Source: Raja brachyura (Eukaryota). Taken from it: a DNA stretch of 64,000 bases. Shown in pieces: positions 11,991 to 24,359 of this stretch. The notes under the pieces were generated by a model. It was not told the DNA's origin and searched no databases. It was given only the letters and a program-made list of their open reading frames with translations. Location: contig OY740795.1 in assembly GCA_963514005.1 (NCBI GenBank), positions 6,448,001 through 6,512,000 on the forward strand, read 5' to 3'. Every line of letters starts with the position of its first letter. Positions within the stretch are counted from its first letter, which is position 1. A program made the position numbers and the translations under genes.

Positions 11991-13904
11991 CCCAAACTCA
12001 ACCTCAAGAGAGAAGTGTTTGGCAGCACACTTGCCCCAGAACAAAGAAAAGGCGAAATGCTCAAATGCATGCCTACTGCTTGGGTACAACTGGACGTTTA
12101 TGCAGCGGATCAGCAATCACAATGGTCTTCACCACCCTGCACAATCCCAGTTCACTCAATCACTTAGTTCATACAGATTTCAGTCAAGCTTTCTTCTTAG
12201 GGTGATCGATTGAGACATAGAAAAGTAGTCAAAATTTGCTTCCCACAGTATTCAAATCAAAAGGACCGTTTTAAGGCGAGAGGTGGGAGATTAAAAAAGG
12301 GATTGTTGAGGTAATTTTATTTTTTATATATATATTATATAGACAGTTGACATCTGGAATGTGCAGCCAGGGGTGGTGTTGGACCCATATATAATAATGT
12401 TTAAGAGGCATCGAGACAAACGTTTGCAATAGGCAAGGCACAGAAGGATAGCCCTGATTTGATCAAATGGGATTTAGATGGGCAAAAACTGTGGTGTGGA
12501 CACGATGGGCTGAAAGGGTCGTTTGTGTTGTGCAATTTTATGTCTCCATTATCGAAAACTTACAGATCCCCACTTAAGTTAAAAAGTTTAAAAACAAGGT
12601 GCACAATGAAAAAAATTGGGAAATTCTGAGAAAGACCAAAGACGTACAGGTTTGTAGGTCAACTGGCTTGGTAAAATCGTAAACTGTCCCTAGTGCATGT
12701 AGGATAGTGTCAGTGTGCGGGGATCGCTGGCCGAAGGGCCTGTTTCTGTGCTGTATCTCTAAACTAAACCCGATGCGAGTTACAGGTTTCTGTTAAGTTC
12801 TGGAAGAAACAATACTACAAGAAAAGGAGGAACATTGGGCACAATCACATTAATGAAAAATCGCAAAATCTGAATCTGATGTTAAGTTCCTGGCGATAGT
12901 ACCTTATACATTGATAATAACTTCAACAGCAATGCTGCAAGGAACAATCCAAAGTGACAGTTTTGGCTTAGTGGTTAAAATCCCATCAAAATAGTCAAAT
13001 TCGTTGAGACACTACATGGCTTCAGGGAAGGAAATAGTTAATCAATCCAAACGATAGCATCTTCAGAACCACAGCAATGTGGTTGACTCTCAATTAACCC
13101 CGAGATGACCCAGTGACATTCCTGTTTGTATTCTTGCGCAATCAGGTATAAAACCACAGATAGACACAAAATGCTGGAGTAACTCAGCAGAAAAGGCAGC
13201 ATCTCTGGAGAGAAGGAATAGGTGGCTTCGGGTTGAGACCCTTCCGAAACGTAACCCATTACTTCTCTCCAGAGATGCTGCCTGTCCTGCTGAGTTACTC
13301 CAGCATTTTGTATCTATCTTCGGTTTAAACCCGAATCTGCAGTTCCTACAGATATACAACCACACTGCACTGTTCCAGCTTCATTACAGGGACTGCAGCA
13401 ATTCAAGGCGACACCTTAGGGCAGCACAGTGGCGCAGCGGTCGAGTTGGTGCCTTACAGGGCCAGAAGCCCAGATTCGACCTTAACTACAGGTGCTGTCG
13501 GTAAGAAGTTTACTTTCTCCCTGTGAACACAAGTTTTCTCCGGGTGCTCCTGTTATCACCCACGCCCCCAAAACATGCAAGTTTGTAGGTTAATTGGCCT
13601 CTGTTAATTACCCCCCCCCAACTCCCTGCCGCTTGTGTGGCAAGAGGTAGAATCTGAAGAGAGTTATCGTCATACAGCGTGGGAACAGCCCCTTCGGCCC
13701 AACTTGCCCACACCACCCAACATGTCCCTTCTACAGCAGTCCCACCCACCTGCATTTGGCCCATATTCCAATAGGCAATACGGAGAAGGGTGGGAGCAGA
13801 GTTAAATTTAGGATGAGCATAGATAGACTGTTGATGGTTGGCACGTATTTGGAAGACCGAAGAGCCCGTTTCTGTGCAGTAAAACTCCGACTCTAACTAT
13901 ATTC

Positions 13905-16259
13905 AGGCTATTCTAGACTGGGTTTTGAGTAATGAGGAAGGGTTAGTTAGCAGTCTTGTTGTGAGTGGCCCCTTGGGCAACAGTGACCATAATATGGTTG
14001 AGTTCTTCATTAGGATGGAGAGTGACAAAATTGTCAGAAACAAGGGTTCTGAACTTGAACAAAGGTAACTTTGAAGGTATGAGATGTGAATTGGCCAAGA
14101 TAGACTGGCAGGTGATTCTTAAAGGGTTGACAGTGGATGTGCAATGGAAGGTATTTAAAGACTGCATGGATGAAGTACAAAAGTTGTTCATACCAGTTTG
14201 GCAAAAGAATAAATCAGGGAAGATGGCGCATCCATGGATAACAAGGGAAATCAGGGATAGCATAAAAACAAAAGATGAGGCATACAAATTGGCCAGAAAA
14301 AGCAGCCTACCGGAGGACTGGGAGAAATTCAGAATCCAGCAGAGGAGGACAAAGGGCTTAATTAGGAAAGGGAAAATAGATTATGAAAGGAAACTGGCAG
14401 GGAACATAAAAACTGACTGCCTAAGTGTTTATAGACATGTGAAGAGAAAGAGACTAGTTAAAACAAATGTTGGTCCCTTGCAATCAGAAACAGGCGAATT
14501 GATCTTGGGGGATAAGGACATGGCAGACCAATTGAATAACTACTTTGGTTCGGTCTTCACTAAGGAAGACATAAATAATCTGCCGGAAATAGCAGTGGAA
14601 CGGGGGTCAAATACGATGGAGAAACTGAGTGAAATCCAGGTTAGCCAGGAGGTGGTGTTGGGTAAATTGAACGGATTGAAGGCCGATAAATCCCCAGGGC
14701 CAGATAGTCTGCATCCCAGAGTAGTCAAGGAGGTAGCCACAGAAATAGTGGATGCATTAGTGATAATTTTTCAAAATTCCTTAGATTCTGGAGTAGTTCC
14801 TGAGGATTGGAGGGTAGCTAATGTAATCCCACTTTTTAAAAAAGGAGGGAGAGAGAAAGCGGGGAATTACAGACCAGTTAGTCTAACATCGGTAGTGGGG
14901 AAACGGTAGAGTCAGTTATTAAAGATGGGATAGCAGCGCATTTGGAAAGTGGTGAAATCATTGGACAAAGTCAGCATGGATTTACGAAAGGTAAATCATG
15001 TCTGACAAATCTGATAGAATTTTTCGAGGATGTAACTAGTAGAGTGGATAAGGGAGAACCAGTGGATGCGTTATGTCTAGACTTTCAGAAGGCTTTCGAC
15101 AAGGTCCCACAGAAGAGATTAGCATACAAACTTAAAGCACACGGTATTGGGGGTTCAGTATTGATGTGGATAGAGAACTGACTAGCAGACAGGAAGCAAA
15201 GGTTAGGAGTAAACGGGTCCTTTTCAGAATGTCATGCATTGATTAGTGGGGTACCGCAAGGCTCAGTGCTGGGACCCCAGCTATTTACAATATGTATTAA
15301 TGATTTGGACGAGGGAATTCAATGCAACATCTCCAAATTTGCAGATGACACCAAGCTGGGGGGTATAGTTAGGTGTGGGGAGGATGCTTGGAGGCTGCAG
15401 GGTAGATTTGGATAAGCTGAGTGAATGGGCAGATGCAGTATAATGTGGATAAATGTGAGGTTATCCACTTTGGTGGCAAAAACATGAGGGTAGACTATTA
15501 TGTGAATGGTGGCAGATTAGGAAAAGGGGAGATGCAACGAGACCTGGGTGTCATGGTACACCAGTCATTGAAAGTAGGCATGCAGGTGCAGCAGGCAGTG
15601 AAGAAAGCAAATGGTATTTTAGCATTCATAGTGAAAGGATTTGAGTATAGGAGCAGGGAGTTTCTACTGCAATTGTACAGGGTTTTGGTGAGGCCACACC
15701 TGGAGTATTGCATACAGTTTTGGTATCCAAATCTGAGGAAAGACATTCTTGCCATAGAGGGGGTACAGAGAAGATTTACCAGACTGATTCCTGGGATGTC
15801 AGGACTTTCATATGAGGAAAGACTGGATAGACTCGGCTTGTACTCGCAAGAATTTAGAAGGTTGAGGGGGGATCTTATAGAAACTTACAAAATTCTTAAG
15901 GGGTTGGACAAGCTAGATGCTGGAAGATTGTTCCCGATGTTGGGGGAGTCCAGAACAAGGGTTAACAGTCTAAGAATAAGGAGGAATTCCTTTAGGACTG
16001 AGATGAGGAAATCATTCTTTACACAGAGAGAGGCGAGTCTCTGTGAATTCTCTGCCACAGAAGGTAGTTGAGGCCAGTTCAGTGGCTATATTTAAGAGGG
16101 CGTTAGATGTGGCACTTGTGGCTAAAGGGATCAGGGGGTATGGAGAGAAGGCAGGTACGGGATACTGAGTTGGATGATCAGCCATGATCACATTGAATGG
16201 CGGTGCAGGCTCCAAGGGCCGAATGGCCTACTCCTGCACCTATTTTTCTATGTTTCTAT
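13905..16259 (+). mobile_element. 5'-truncated CR1-type LINE (end of APE, RT, 3' UTR), disrupted
   Basis: GNSDH (APE end), [49 protein letters not shown]; stops and frameshifts; (TTTCTATG)n tail. Confidence 0.95.
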
Positions 16260-16322
16260 AATGAATAGAGATAAATAATGCTCCAGCTTCACATTGCATG
16301 TATACATTTCTTGAACCCTTAC

Positions 16323-16367
16323 CAGCAACTTTTTCTTTTTTTCAAGCTTCTCTTTCCTTTTCTGTTC
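16323..16367 (-). CDS. HELLS: HELLS small exon (~exon 4): EQKRKEKLEKKKKLL
   Basis: aaacag| acceptor, CTG|gtaagg donor, 45 nt, phase 0-0. Matches human EQKKKEKLERKK. Confidence 0.9.
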
Positions 16368-17346
16368 CTGTTTAACAAAAAAGGAATAATCTTTCCAGTA
16401 ATTGAATATGACAGGATTACTTTAATCTTTTAAATACCTCGGTGTTTTCTTGTTTTTTTCAAATAATTAAAAATGCTCAGTCAACAAAGGAAGGAGCAAC
16501 AACACGTGACTCTTCTCAGGCTAAAACAATTAATCTCCTTCTGAAGTACACACCCAAAACATCAAAGAAATTCCCTTTGAATGCTGATTCTCATGTACAT
16601 ACCGTAAGAGGAGAAAGAAAGCACAACTTGGCTCTGCTTTAAACACACTTTGCAAGTGGGGGCACTGTACATTAAACAGAAATAGGGGCCTGGCTAATTG
16701 ATTCTCAGTCTATTCAAACAGTACAAAACTAACTAACTATCCAATTCTGCAAAAGCTTGGCACGACAATGCTTATTAGCCAGCAAATGCAAAAGGCTCGA
16801 TGGATTAGACAAACTAAAGATAAGCAGTCCTGAAAACAGCAAATTATTCGACCCAACGACTTAAAATTAAAGTAGTTATCGGACATCTGTGAGGGGTGCA
16901 CAATGGTGCTTTCAATGTAGGTGTGCACAGACATGAACAGGCTGCCTGAGCAAAATATGAAGTGCTGGAGCGCCTCAGCGGGTAAGGTGGCATCTATGGA
17001 AGGAATTGATGGCCGATGTTTCCAGTCGGGACCCTTCTTTAGACCCGAGCCAGCAGAACTCGGAACCAATTTACTCCAGCACTTAGTATTTAGCTCAAGA
17101 TTACAGCATCTACAATTACTTGCCTCTCCATTAAACAGAGTGCGTTGTCCCTTCAATCTGCTCCTTCAGTCAGAGTACCCATATTCTTCCCGTGATCTCT
17201 AGCCTTCCATTTAATTCACATAATTCATATGTTGACGGAAACAACATCAATAAGGGGGGCACGGTAGCGCAATGGTATTGCTGCCAGAGACCCGGGTTCG
17301 ATCCCGACTACAGGCACTGTCTAGACGGAGTTTGTACCTTTCCCCC

Positions 17347-17558
17347 TTGAAGTGCAAAGCACTTATGAAAGCATGGAACTACCAGGCAGAAGACACATGC
17401 AGCTGTGGAGCAGTACAGACAATGTCCCACCTACTGGAGTGTGACGACGCCCCCCAGTGCAGCCCCCAGGACCTGGCTGAACCGACCCGACCAGCTGTGA
17501 CCTGCGCCAGATACTGGCAGAACGACATCTGAGATTGCAATGGACTCGAAGAAGACGA
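17347..17558 (+). mobile_element. 3' end of a Vingi/Ingi-like non-LTR element inserted in a V-SINE (17254-17782)
   Basis: KCKALMKAWNY...CSCGAVQTMSHLLEC...DL...ARYWQNDI* (CxC-x-H-x-C knuckle), short UTR, GAAGAAGAC tail. SINE sequence resumes on both sides. Clade assigned from memory of Vingi C-termini. Confidence 0.6.
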
Positions 17559-17982
17559 CCCCCCCCCCCCCCCCCCCCCCGTGACCTGCGTGGATTTGTG
17601 CCGGGTGCTCCGCTTTCCTCCCACGCCTCAAAGACATACAGGTCTGTAGGCTAATTGGCTTGGTAAAATTTTAAATTGTCCCTAGTGTGTGTAGGATAGT
17701 GCTAGTATGTGGGGATCGCTGGTCGGCGTGGACTCGGTGGGCCGAAGGGCCTGTTTCCAAGCTGTATCCCCAAACTAAACTAACAAACTGTAGGATATGG
17801 AAACATTGGAAGCATCACTTGACCTGTTATAAGAGTACAATGTACACATTGGCTAACCATTCAGGTGTGATCTTGGGCATTTCAGCTTGAGGCAAACCAC
17901 TTATTATTGAACATTTCACTTCATGTTCCTCCCCAGTGGCAATGTGCCCTGAAGGCTGATAAAATAAAACAAGAATTCTTAC

Positions 17983-18105
17983 TTGCAGCTGCTGCTGCTC
18001 CATCTTCATCAGCAAGAACTTGGAGTAAACATTACTCTTCTCCAGCAAATGCTGCAATCGCTTATAACGCATTTCCCGTGAATCTTTTTCCCAAAACATT
18101 TTGGC
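17983..18105 (-). CDS. HELLS: HELLS exon (~exon 3): [42 protein letters not shown]-terminal coiled coil
   Basis: tttttgcag| acceptor, CAA|gtaaga donor, 123 nt, phase 0-0. Carries the conserved [16 protein letters not shown] motif. Confidence 0.96.
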
Positions 18106-18481
18106 CTGCAAAAAGTGTCAACAAGAGATTCAAGATAAAAAAAAGATAAATATGGCAATGCATTCAATCATTTCTAGTTTTACTCATCGCTAAACAGTAA
18201 TTGAGTCACGATTCATTTATGATTATATGACTCTTTTTGTACATAAATCTCTCCACTGATCGGAGCTACCACCAAATCTCAAGCAAAACACAAATTTCTG
18301 AAGTGATTCAGCAGGTCATTTATTCCAGGTTCTCAGTGACCCAGAGTTTCACCAGCACTTAAGATCCTAACATCTACGGTCACTTGCATCTCCGTAGCAC
18401 CAAATCCTGTCCAATGAACATGGTTGAAAGTGCTGGAAGTTTCCATTACATTTGAATGATGGGCCAAATCACCCATGTTTT

Positions 18482-19012
18482 AGAAACATAGAAATTAGGT
18501 GCAGGAGTAGGCCATTCGGCCCTTCGATCCTGCACTGCCATTCAATATGATCACGGCTGATCATCCAACTCAGTATCCCGTACCTGCCTTCTCTCCATAC
18601 CCTCTGATCCCCTTAGCCACAAGGGCCACATCCAACTCCCTCTTAAATATAGCCAATGAACTGGCCTCAACTACCCTCTGTGGCAGGGCGTTCCAGAGAC
18701 CCACCACTCTCTGTGTGAAAAAAGTCCTTCTCATCTCGGTCCTAAAGGATTTCCCTCTTATTCTTAAGTTATGACCCCTTGTCCTGGACCTCCCCAACAT
18801 AGGGAACAATCTTCCTGTATCTAGCCTGTCCAACCCCTTAAGAATTTTGTACGTTTCTATAAGATCCCCTCTCAATCTCCTAAATTCTAGAGAGTATAGA
18901 CCGAGTCCATCCAGTCTTTCTTCATAAGACAGTCCTGACATCCCAGGAATCAATCTGGTGAACCTTCTCTGCACTCCCTCTATGACAATAATGTCCTTCC
19001 TCAGATTTGGAG
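18482..19012 (-). mobile_element. CR1-type LINE 3' end, same subfamily as 13905-16259
   Basis: PNLRKDI...RLRGDLIETYKILKG...GYGEKAGTGY*, tail TAGAAACATAGAAA. Confidence 0.93.
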
Positions 19013-19084
19013 ACCTGGCAGTTTTGCAGCAGCTGGAAGTGTAGATAACACTGCAACTTAAACTATCTGTTCCATCATTGTCCA

Positions 19085-19545
19085 CTTGGGTAATCTACAA
19101 CCCAACGATGTGAACACTGAATCCCCAAATAAATCAATCCACTATCTACCACCCACTCCCATCCCCATCATGCACAAATTCCACCCACTGCTCGTCACCC
19201 TGTTACTTCCCCGCCCCTCCTGCTCATCTCCCATCCCCACCCACTTCGTCCCCATTTCCCTTTCATCCCTCCAGCTGTACACTTTACTCCATTCTTTCTT
19301 TCCATTGCACTAGTCTTTGTCATTGTCCCCATCCATTTGCCTATCAACCCTCTGCTCCCCACCTATATCCACCTACCACTTGCTAGTCTTTGCTCTACCT
19401 CTTCCTTTCATTTCCAACTTTCTTCGCACTTCATCAGTCTGATGGGGGATTCTAACCTGAAACGCCGCCTGTCTACTTTGTCCACAGGTGCTGCCCGACC
19501 TGCTAACTTTCTCTAGCACTTGCTCAGTTTTCCAGCATCTGCTGT
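19085..19545 (+). mobile_element. Penelope-like element 3' end/pseudo-LTR remnant with degenerate hammerhead core
   Basis: LGNLQPNDVNTE (cf. LGxLQPxGMNIEF), pyrimidine-rich UTR, CTGATGG...TGAAACGCC at ~19439-19468. Confidence 0.6.
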
Positions 19546-19838
19546 CCATTGGATACGAAGAGGATGTTTCCACGAGTGGGAGTCTAGGACCAGAGGTCAG
19601 CCTCAGAATTAAAGGAGATGAGGAGGAATTTCTTTAGTCAGAGGGTGGTGACTATGCCACAGAAGGCTGTGGTGGCCAAGTCAGTGGATATGTTTTAAGA
19701 CAGAGATAGACTCCTCATTAGTATGGGAATGGGGTTAGGAGGGAGATATAGATCAGCCATGTTTGAATGGCAGAGAAGACTTGATGGGCCGAATGACCTA
19801 ATTCTGCTCCTATCACTTACGATCTTGTGTCTCCATAC

Positions 19839-20130
19839 CTGTTCCATCAGCTTCTTCACTTCTTCCTGACCTTCCTCTTCCAGCTGCCTCTCCTCCTCCA
19901 GCATGCTGGCTGTAATGAGCTCATTCAGGTCATGCATTTCACCGTTCCTTGGCCCGGTGGCCTCACCATTCCTCAGACCGGCCATCTCACCGTTCCTGTG
20001 CCCAGCCATGTCACCGTTGATGAGCCCGGCCATGTCACCGTTCCCGAGTCTGGCCATCCTGGACGCAGCCACCTCACCGTTTTTCATCTCCGCCACCTCA
20101 CCGTTCCTGGTCTCTGCCATCTCTCCGTCC
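19839..20130 (-). CDS. HELLS: HELLS exon (~exon 2), enlarged by an octapeptide repeat, ending ITASMLEEERQLEEEGQEEVKKLMEQ
   Basis: ttccag| acceptor at 20131-20132, CAG|gtatgg donor. The 3' part matches human ITPAMLEEEEQLEAAGLERERKMLEK. In-frame ATG at 20120. Confidence 0.9.
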
Positions 20131-21487
20131 CTGGAATTTACAGGAAAATAAAATGGGCAAGAAGTTCATATGGACTGCTGTAAATAAACCCGATTGCTCA
20201 GTAATATATTTTTTGTTGATCATTCCAGCAAATTATCCCTCTTTTAATCTTAGGTTATGGCCTCAGGCTAGGAAGGGAATCACATTGTAACCAGCCGACT
20301 GTAAATAATGGATGGCTATGATTTCCACAACTCGCTGCACCTGACTAACTTTTGAAAAACGAGTACCGAATTTGCAAAAACTAATTTCCCTTCAGCCAAG
20401 TCAGGGAGATGGCAAGATGACAGTGATAAATGACCGACAATGTATATCCCAAAGCAGAACAAGTGGAGCCTATTGAGGCCTCGGGAAATGAGTCAATCAG
20501 CCCCAGCCTCCAACCTTCACAGCAAACTGCAATGCCTTCTGCGATCAGCTCCCACAGCTACACGGTGCAATACGATACAATATAACTTTATCCCAGGAGG
20601 GAAATTGATCTGCCACCAGTCATTATACACAAAATACATAGAACATGAAATTAAAATAACGAGTGGAAAGGATTGTGGATGTGTAAAGATAGTGGGGGTG
20701 GGGGGGTTGGAGAAGAGTCAGTCTACGCCACGACAGAAGGGGGAGGTTGTACAGTTTAATAGCCACAGGGAAGGAGGATCTCCTGCGGCGTTCTGTCCTG
20801 CATCTTGGTGGAACCAGTCTATATTTCTCAGGCTGACCAGTGTGTCCTTGTGGGGGCGAGCTGCATTATTGCAATAATTATTAGTGCATTTCCATCAACC
20901 TGGTTTCACTTCAATTTACAGCATGGTTTATTTTTGTATATCTCATAAACATCACGATTCTCTTCCTTTTGATTCCCCAGGAGGGCATCGTTGCAAAAAA
21001 AATTAAAATAATTTCAAGCAGACACCTCGAAATGCTTAATAGCCTGAGTAAAATCAGAATCTTCTACGGGGCTGATCATGTCAAACAGTGGCAATGGGCT
21101 GCACAGCTGGTAGAGCAGCTGCCTCACAGTGCCAGAGACCTGGGTTCAATCCTCACCTCGAGTACTGTATGGAGTTGCATGGGTTTCCTACAGGTGCTCT
21201 GGATTCCAGCAACATCTCAAAGTGGGTTTATAGGTTAATTGGCCTCTATAAATTGCCCCTAATTTATGGAGAGTGGATGTAAAAGAGGGGTAACATAGAA
21301 CTAGTGTGAACGGGTGATCATTGGTCAGCATGGACTGAGTGGACAGACAGGTCTTGGGTCCTGACCTGAAACATTACCTATTCCTTTTCTCCAGAGATGC
21401 TGCCTGACCCGTTGAGTTACTCCAGCACTTTGTGTCTACCTCTCCCTGCTGTATCTCTAAACTAAATTGTCAATTTATGGCTAGTAA

Positions 21488-21824
21488 CACAAAATTGGAG
21501 AATTCAATGTTCATGCAGTTGTTATAAGCTACCCAAGCAGAACATGAGGTGCAGTTCCTCCAGTTTGTGTGTGCCCTCACACTGACAATGGAGGCAGCCC
21601 CGGCCAGCAAGATGAATGGGAATGGGAAAGGAAGTTAACATGGTTCGCAATCAGGAGATCCAGTAAGAATTGGTGGATTAAGTGCAAGTGTTCTGCAATG
21701 GTCTCAGAAGCTACACTTGATCTCACTGATGTAAAGGAAGCCACATCAGGAACACCAGATGCATTCGATGAGGCTAGAGGAGCACGTGAACCTGTGTCTC
21801 ACATGGAAGGGATGCTGGGGTCCC
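21488..21824 (-). pseudogene. Decayed GIY-YIG endonuclease domain of a Penelope-like element
   Basis: Manual minus-strand translation GPQHPFHVRHRFTCSSSLIECIWCS*CGFLYISEIK and LHCQCEGTHKLEELHLMFCLGSL fits the PLE pattern FTCxSxNxIYxIxCxxCxxxYIGET...RKLEEQHLIFRLG. The same C-terminus occurs at ~36970-37065 and ~56055-56095. Confidence 0.8.
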
Positions 21825-22242
21825 TGGATGGATGAAATGTCATCTATCCATGTTCTCCAGAGATATGACCTGACCCTGCTGTTCCTTCATTCTCTGCTGC
21901 TATTTCATCCATTTGGCAATTTCTATGATGCAGGATGGTTCCCCTACTCTTTCCCACTCAATCGCTATCAAGGCTTCTTGTAAAGACACTCCACTGAATG
22001 AAGAACAAGCAAATAACGAACTATATTTCTGCTATCAACAAGAAAAAACAAATGTGCATTATCACTGTGAAATATTTCAACAAGCAGCTTATACCAAGAG
22101 ATTTTGATAAAATAGCTCAACCGGTAAGGGGACTGCTCATACTTTTAAGCCCAAGATCTCAAATTCTTGACACTAAAGATTTCACCAAGCATGGCTCTGG
22201 AGAAGCTCAATAATTTGCATTAAATCACCTGTATCTCACCCA

Positions 22243-22346
22243 GGGTACACAAAAGGCTGGAGAAACTCAGCGGGTGCAGCAGCATCTAAGGAGCGAAGGA
22301 GATAGGTGACGTTTCGGGTCGAGACCCTTCTTCAGACTCCTGAGAA
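22243..22346 (-). mobile_element. Short Penelope-derived insertion with intact hammerhead core and 13-bp TSD
   Basis: TGTATCTCACCCA at 22230-22242 and 22347-22359; minus-strand CTGAAGA-A-GGGT-CTCG-ACCC-GAAACGTC at 22308-22335. Confidence 0.8.
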
Positions 22347-22784
22347 TGTATCTCACCCACATGGCTTTAATATTTAGAAACAAGGAACTGCAGATGCTGG
22401 TTTATAAAAGATGACACAGGAGTGCTGGAGTAGCTCTGCAGATCAGGTAGCATCTCAGGAGAACATGAATTTCCATGTTCTCCTGAGATGCTACCTGACC
22501 TACACTAGTACTGTCTCTCTTTTCTGGCTTTAATATTCATGTACTTTACAGAATAAGTGTAATGCTGGCAATGCCAGCAGTTATTATCCATACCCAACTG
22601 CCTTTCAGAAGTTGGTGATGAGCCCACAGGGATGAAACCTGCATTTTTATCAATCCATTCAACTATGCAAAGATATCCTAGAGAAATATAAACTATCCTC
22701 TAGAGGTTATTGAACTGGAAACAATAAGGTGAAGTACAGTTTGTACATAGGTTCACACTTGACACATGTAGTGGCAGGGGCATA

Positions 22785-23740
22785 CAGTGCCCTCCATATT
22801 GTTTTTAACAAAGACACATCATTTATTTATTTGCCTCTGTACTCCACAATTTGAGATTTGTAATAGAAAAAAAAATTACACGCAGTTAGCGCACATTGTC
22901 AGATTTTAATAAAGGCCATTTTTATACATTGTGGTATGTAGAAATACCACCATGTAGAACTACAGCTGTGTTTATGCATAGGACACATGGCTTCACAGGT
23001 GTTTGCAATTGCTCAGGTGTGTTTAATTGCCTTCTTAATGCAGGTATAAGAGAGCTCTCAGCACCTAGTCTTTCCTCCAGAAAAGGAAACATTTTTTTGC
23101 TGTTTATCAACATGAGGACCAAAGTTGTGCCAATGAAAGTCAAAGAAGCCATTATGAGACTGAGAAACAAGAATAAAACTGTCAGACATCCGCCAAACTT
23201 TAGGCTTACCAAAATCAACTGTTTGGAACACATTAAGAAGAAAGGGAGCACTGGTGAGCTTACTAATCGCAAAGGGACTGGCAGGCCAAGGAAGACCTCC
23301 ACAGCCGATGACAGAAGAATTCTCTCTATAATAAAGAAAAACGCCAAACACTCTTCAGGAGTCAGGTGTGGATTTGTCAATGACCACTCTCCGCAGAAGG
23401 CAGGCCTGGCAGAGCATCGCCAGAGAAGACACCCAGCAACTGGTGATGTCCATGAATCGCAGACTTCAAGCAGTCATTGTATGCAAAGGATATGCAACAA
23501 AATACTAAACATGACTACTTTCATTTAAATGACATTGCTGTGTTCCAAACATTATGGAGCCCTGAAATGGGTAATTACTGCTGTAATTTCTACATTGTGA
23601 AAATAAAATGTATAAAAATTACCTTTATTAAAATCTGACAAAGTGCACTTTAACCACATGTGTTTTATTTCTATTACAAATCTCAAATTGTGGAGTACAG
23701 AGGCAAATAAATAATCATTGTCCCAAACATTATGGAGGGC
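22785..23740 (+). mobile_element. Tc1-like DNA transposon, internally deleted, long (~200 bp) IR/DR-type TIRs
   Basis: TA|CAGTGCCCTCCA left end; right TIR is the reverse complement (GTGGAGTACAGAGGCAAATAAAT...TATGGAGGGC, tip lost). Transposase remnant 23112-23508: MRTKVVP...GTGRPRKTS and ...LQAVIVCKGYATKY*. DDE core missing. Confidence 0.92.
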
Positions 23741-24211
23741 CAAATACATAACTGGCCATCCAATATCTCATCGTTTCTCACGACATCAAACTAAAAAAAT
23801 GCCCAAATACAAAACACAAACTCCCACGACACAAACATGGTGCACATATTTTTATTTATTTACTTTGAAACAAAGCAGGCCATTCGGCCCATAGGACTCA
23901 TGCTAGTCCCCAACAGACCGCCCACGTCAGTCTTGGCCACTCCAGTCTACGTCCACTCCTTACTCTTGTTGACCATCAACTTCGATTGTTTTTGTTTGTC
24001 ATTTATCTCGACTAAAGTGCAAATTACAGACCACGAGGTCAAAACACAAAGTGCTGGAGTAACTCAACGGATTAGGTCCGAATCTAAAAAAAGGGTCCAA
24101 CCACAAATGTTCCCTAACCCGCTCTGTTCTTCCAACATTTTGTTTTGCATAAGATTCAAACAACTCCAGTTATTTCTGTCTCGGCCCTGATGCCCCCGAA
24201 GACAAGCTCAC

Positions 24212-24279
24212 AAATGTCCACTCGGACCACCCTGCCGAGTCCAGTGCTTCAGCCTTTTGGACATCTCTTCTCCCCTCAT
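24212..24279 (-). CDS. HELLS: Candidate first coding exon of HELLS: MRGEEMSKRLKHWTRQGGPSGH(L)
   Basis: TT|gtgagc donor at 24211. From ATG 24279 (or 24264) the exon ends in phase 2, as the 20130 acceptor requires. Lies at the edge of the CpG island. No recognisable homology, so tentative. Confidence 0.4.
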
Positions 24280-24359
24280 CCGTCATTCTCGCCCCAGTCT
24301 GTGCTCCCTCCCAGCCGCCCCCTCCTCCCCCCTCCACCATTGTGCCCAGCCCACTCCCG

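Noticed and set aside
19827-20183. Plus-strand repetitive ORFs
   Set aside because: Antisense shadows of the HELLS octapeptide-repeat exon.
22896-23528. 210-aa ORF as a functional transposase
   Set aside because: It starts inside the TIR, is frameshifted in the HTH and lacks the DDE domain.
24212-24286. Alternative first-exon frame MTDEGRRDVQK...
   Set aside because: It ends in phase 0, which is out of frame with the 20130 acceptor and hits TGA; at most a uORF.
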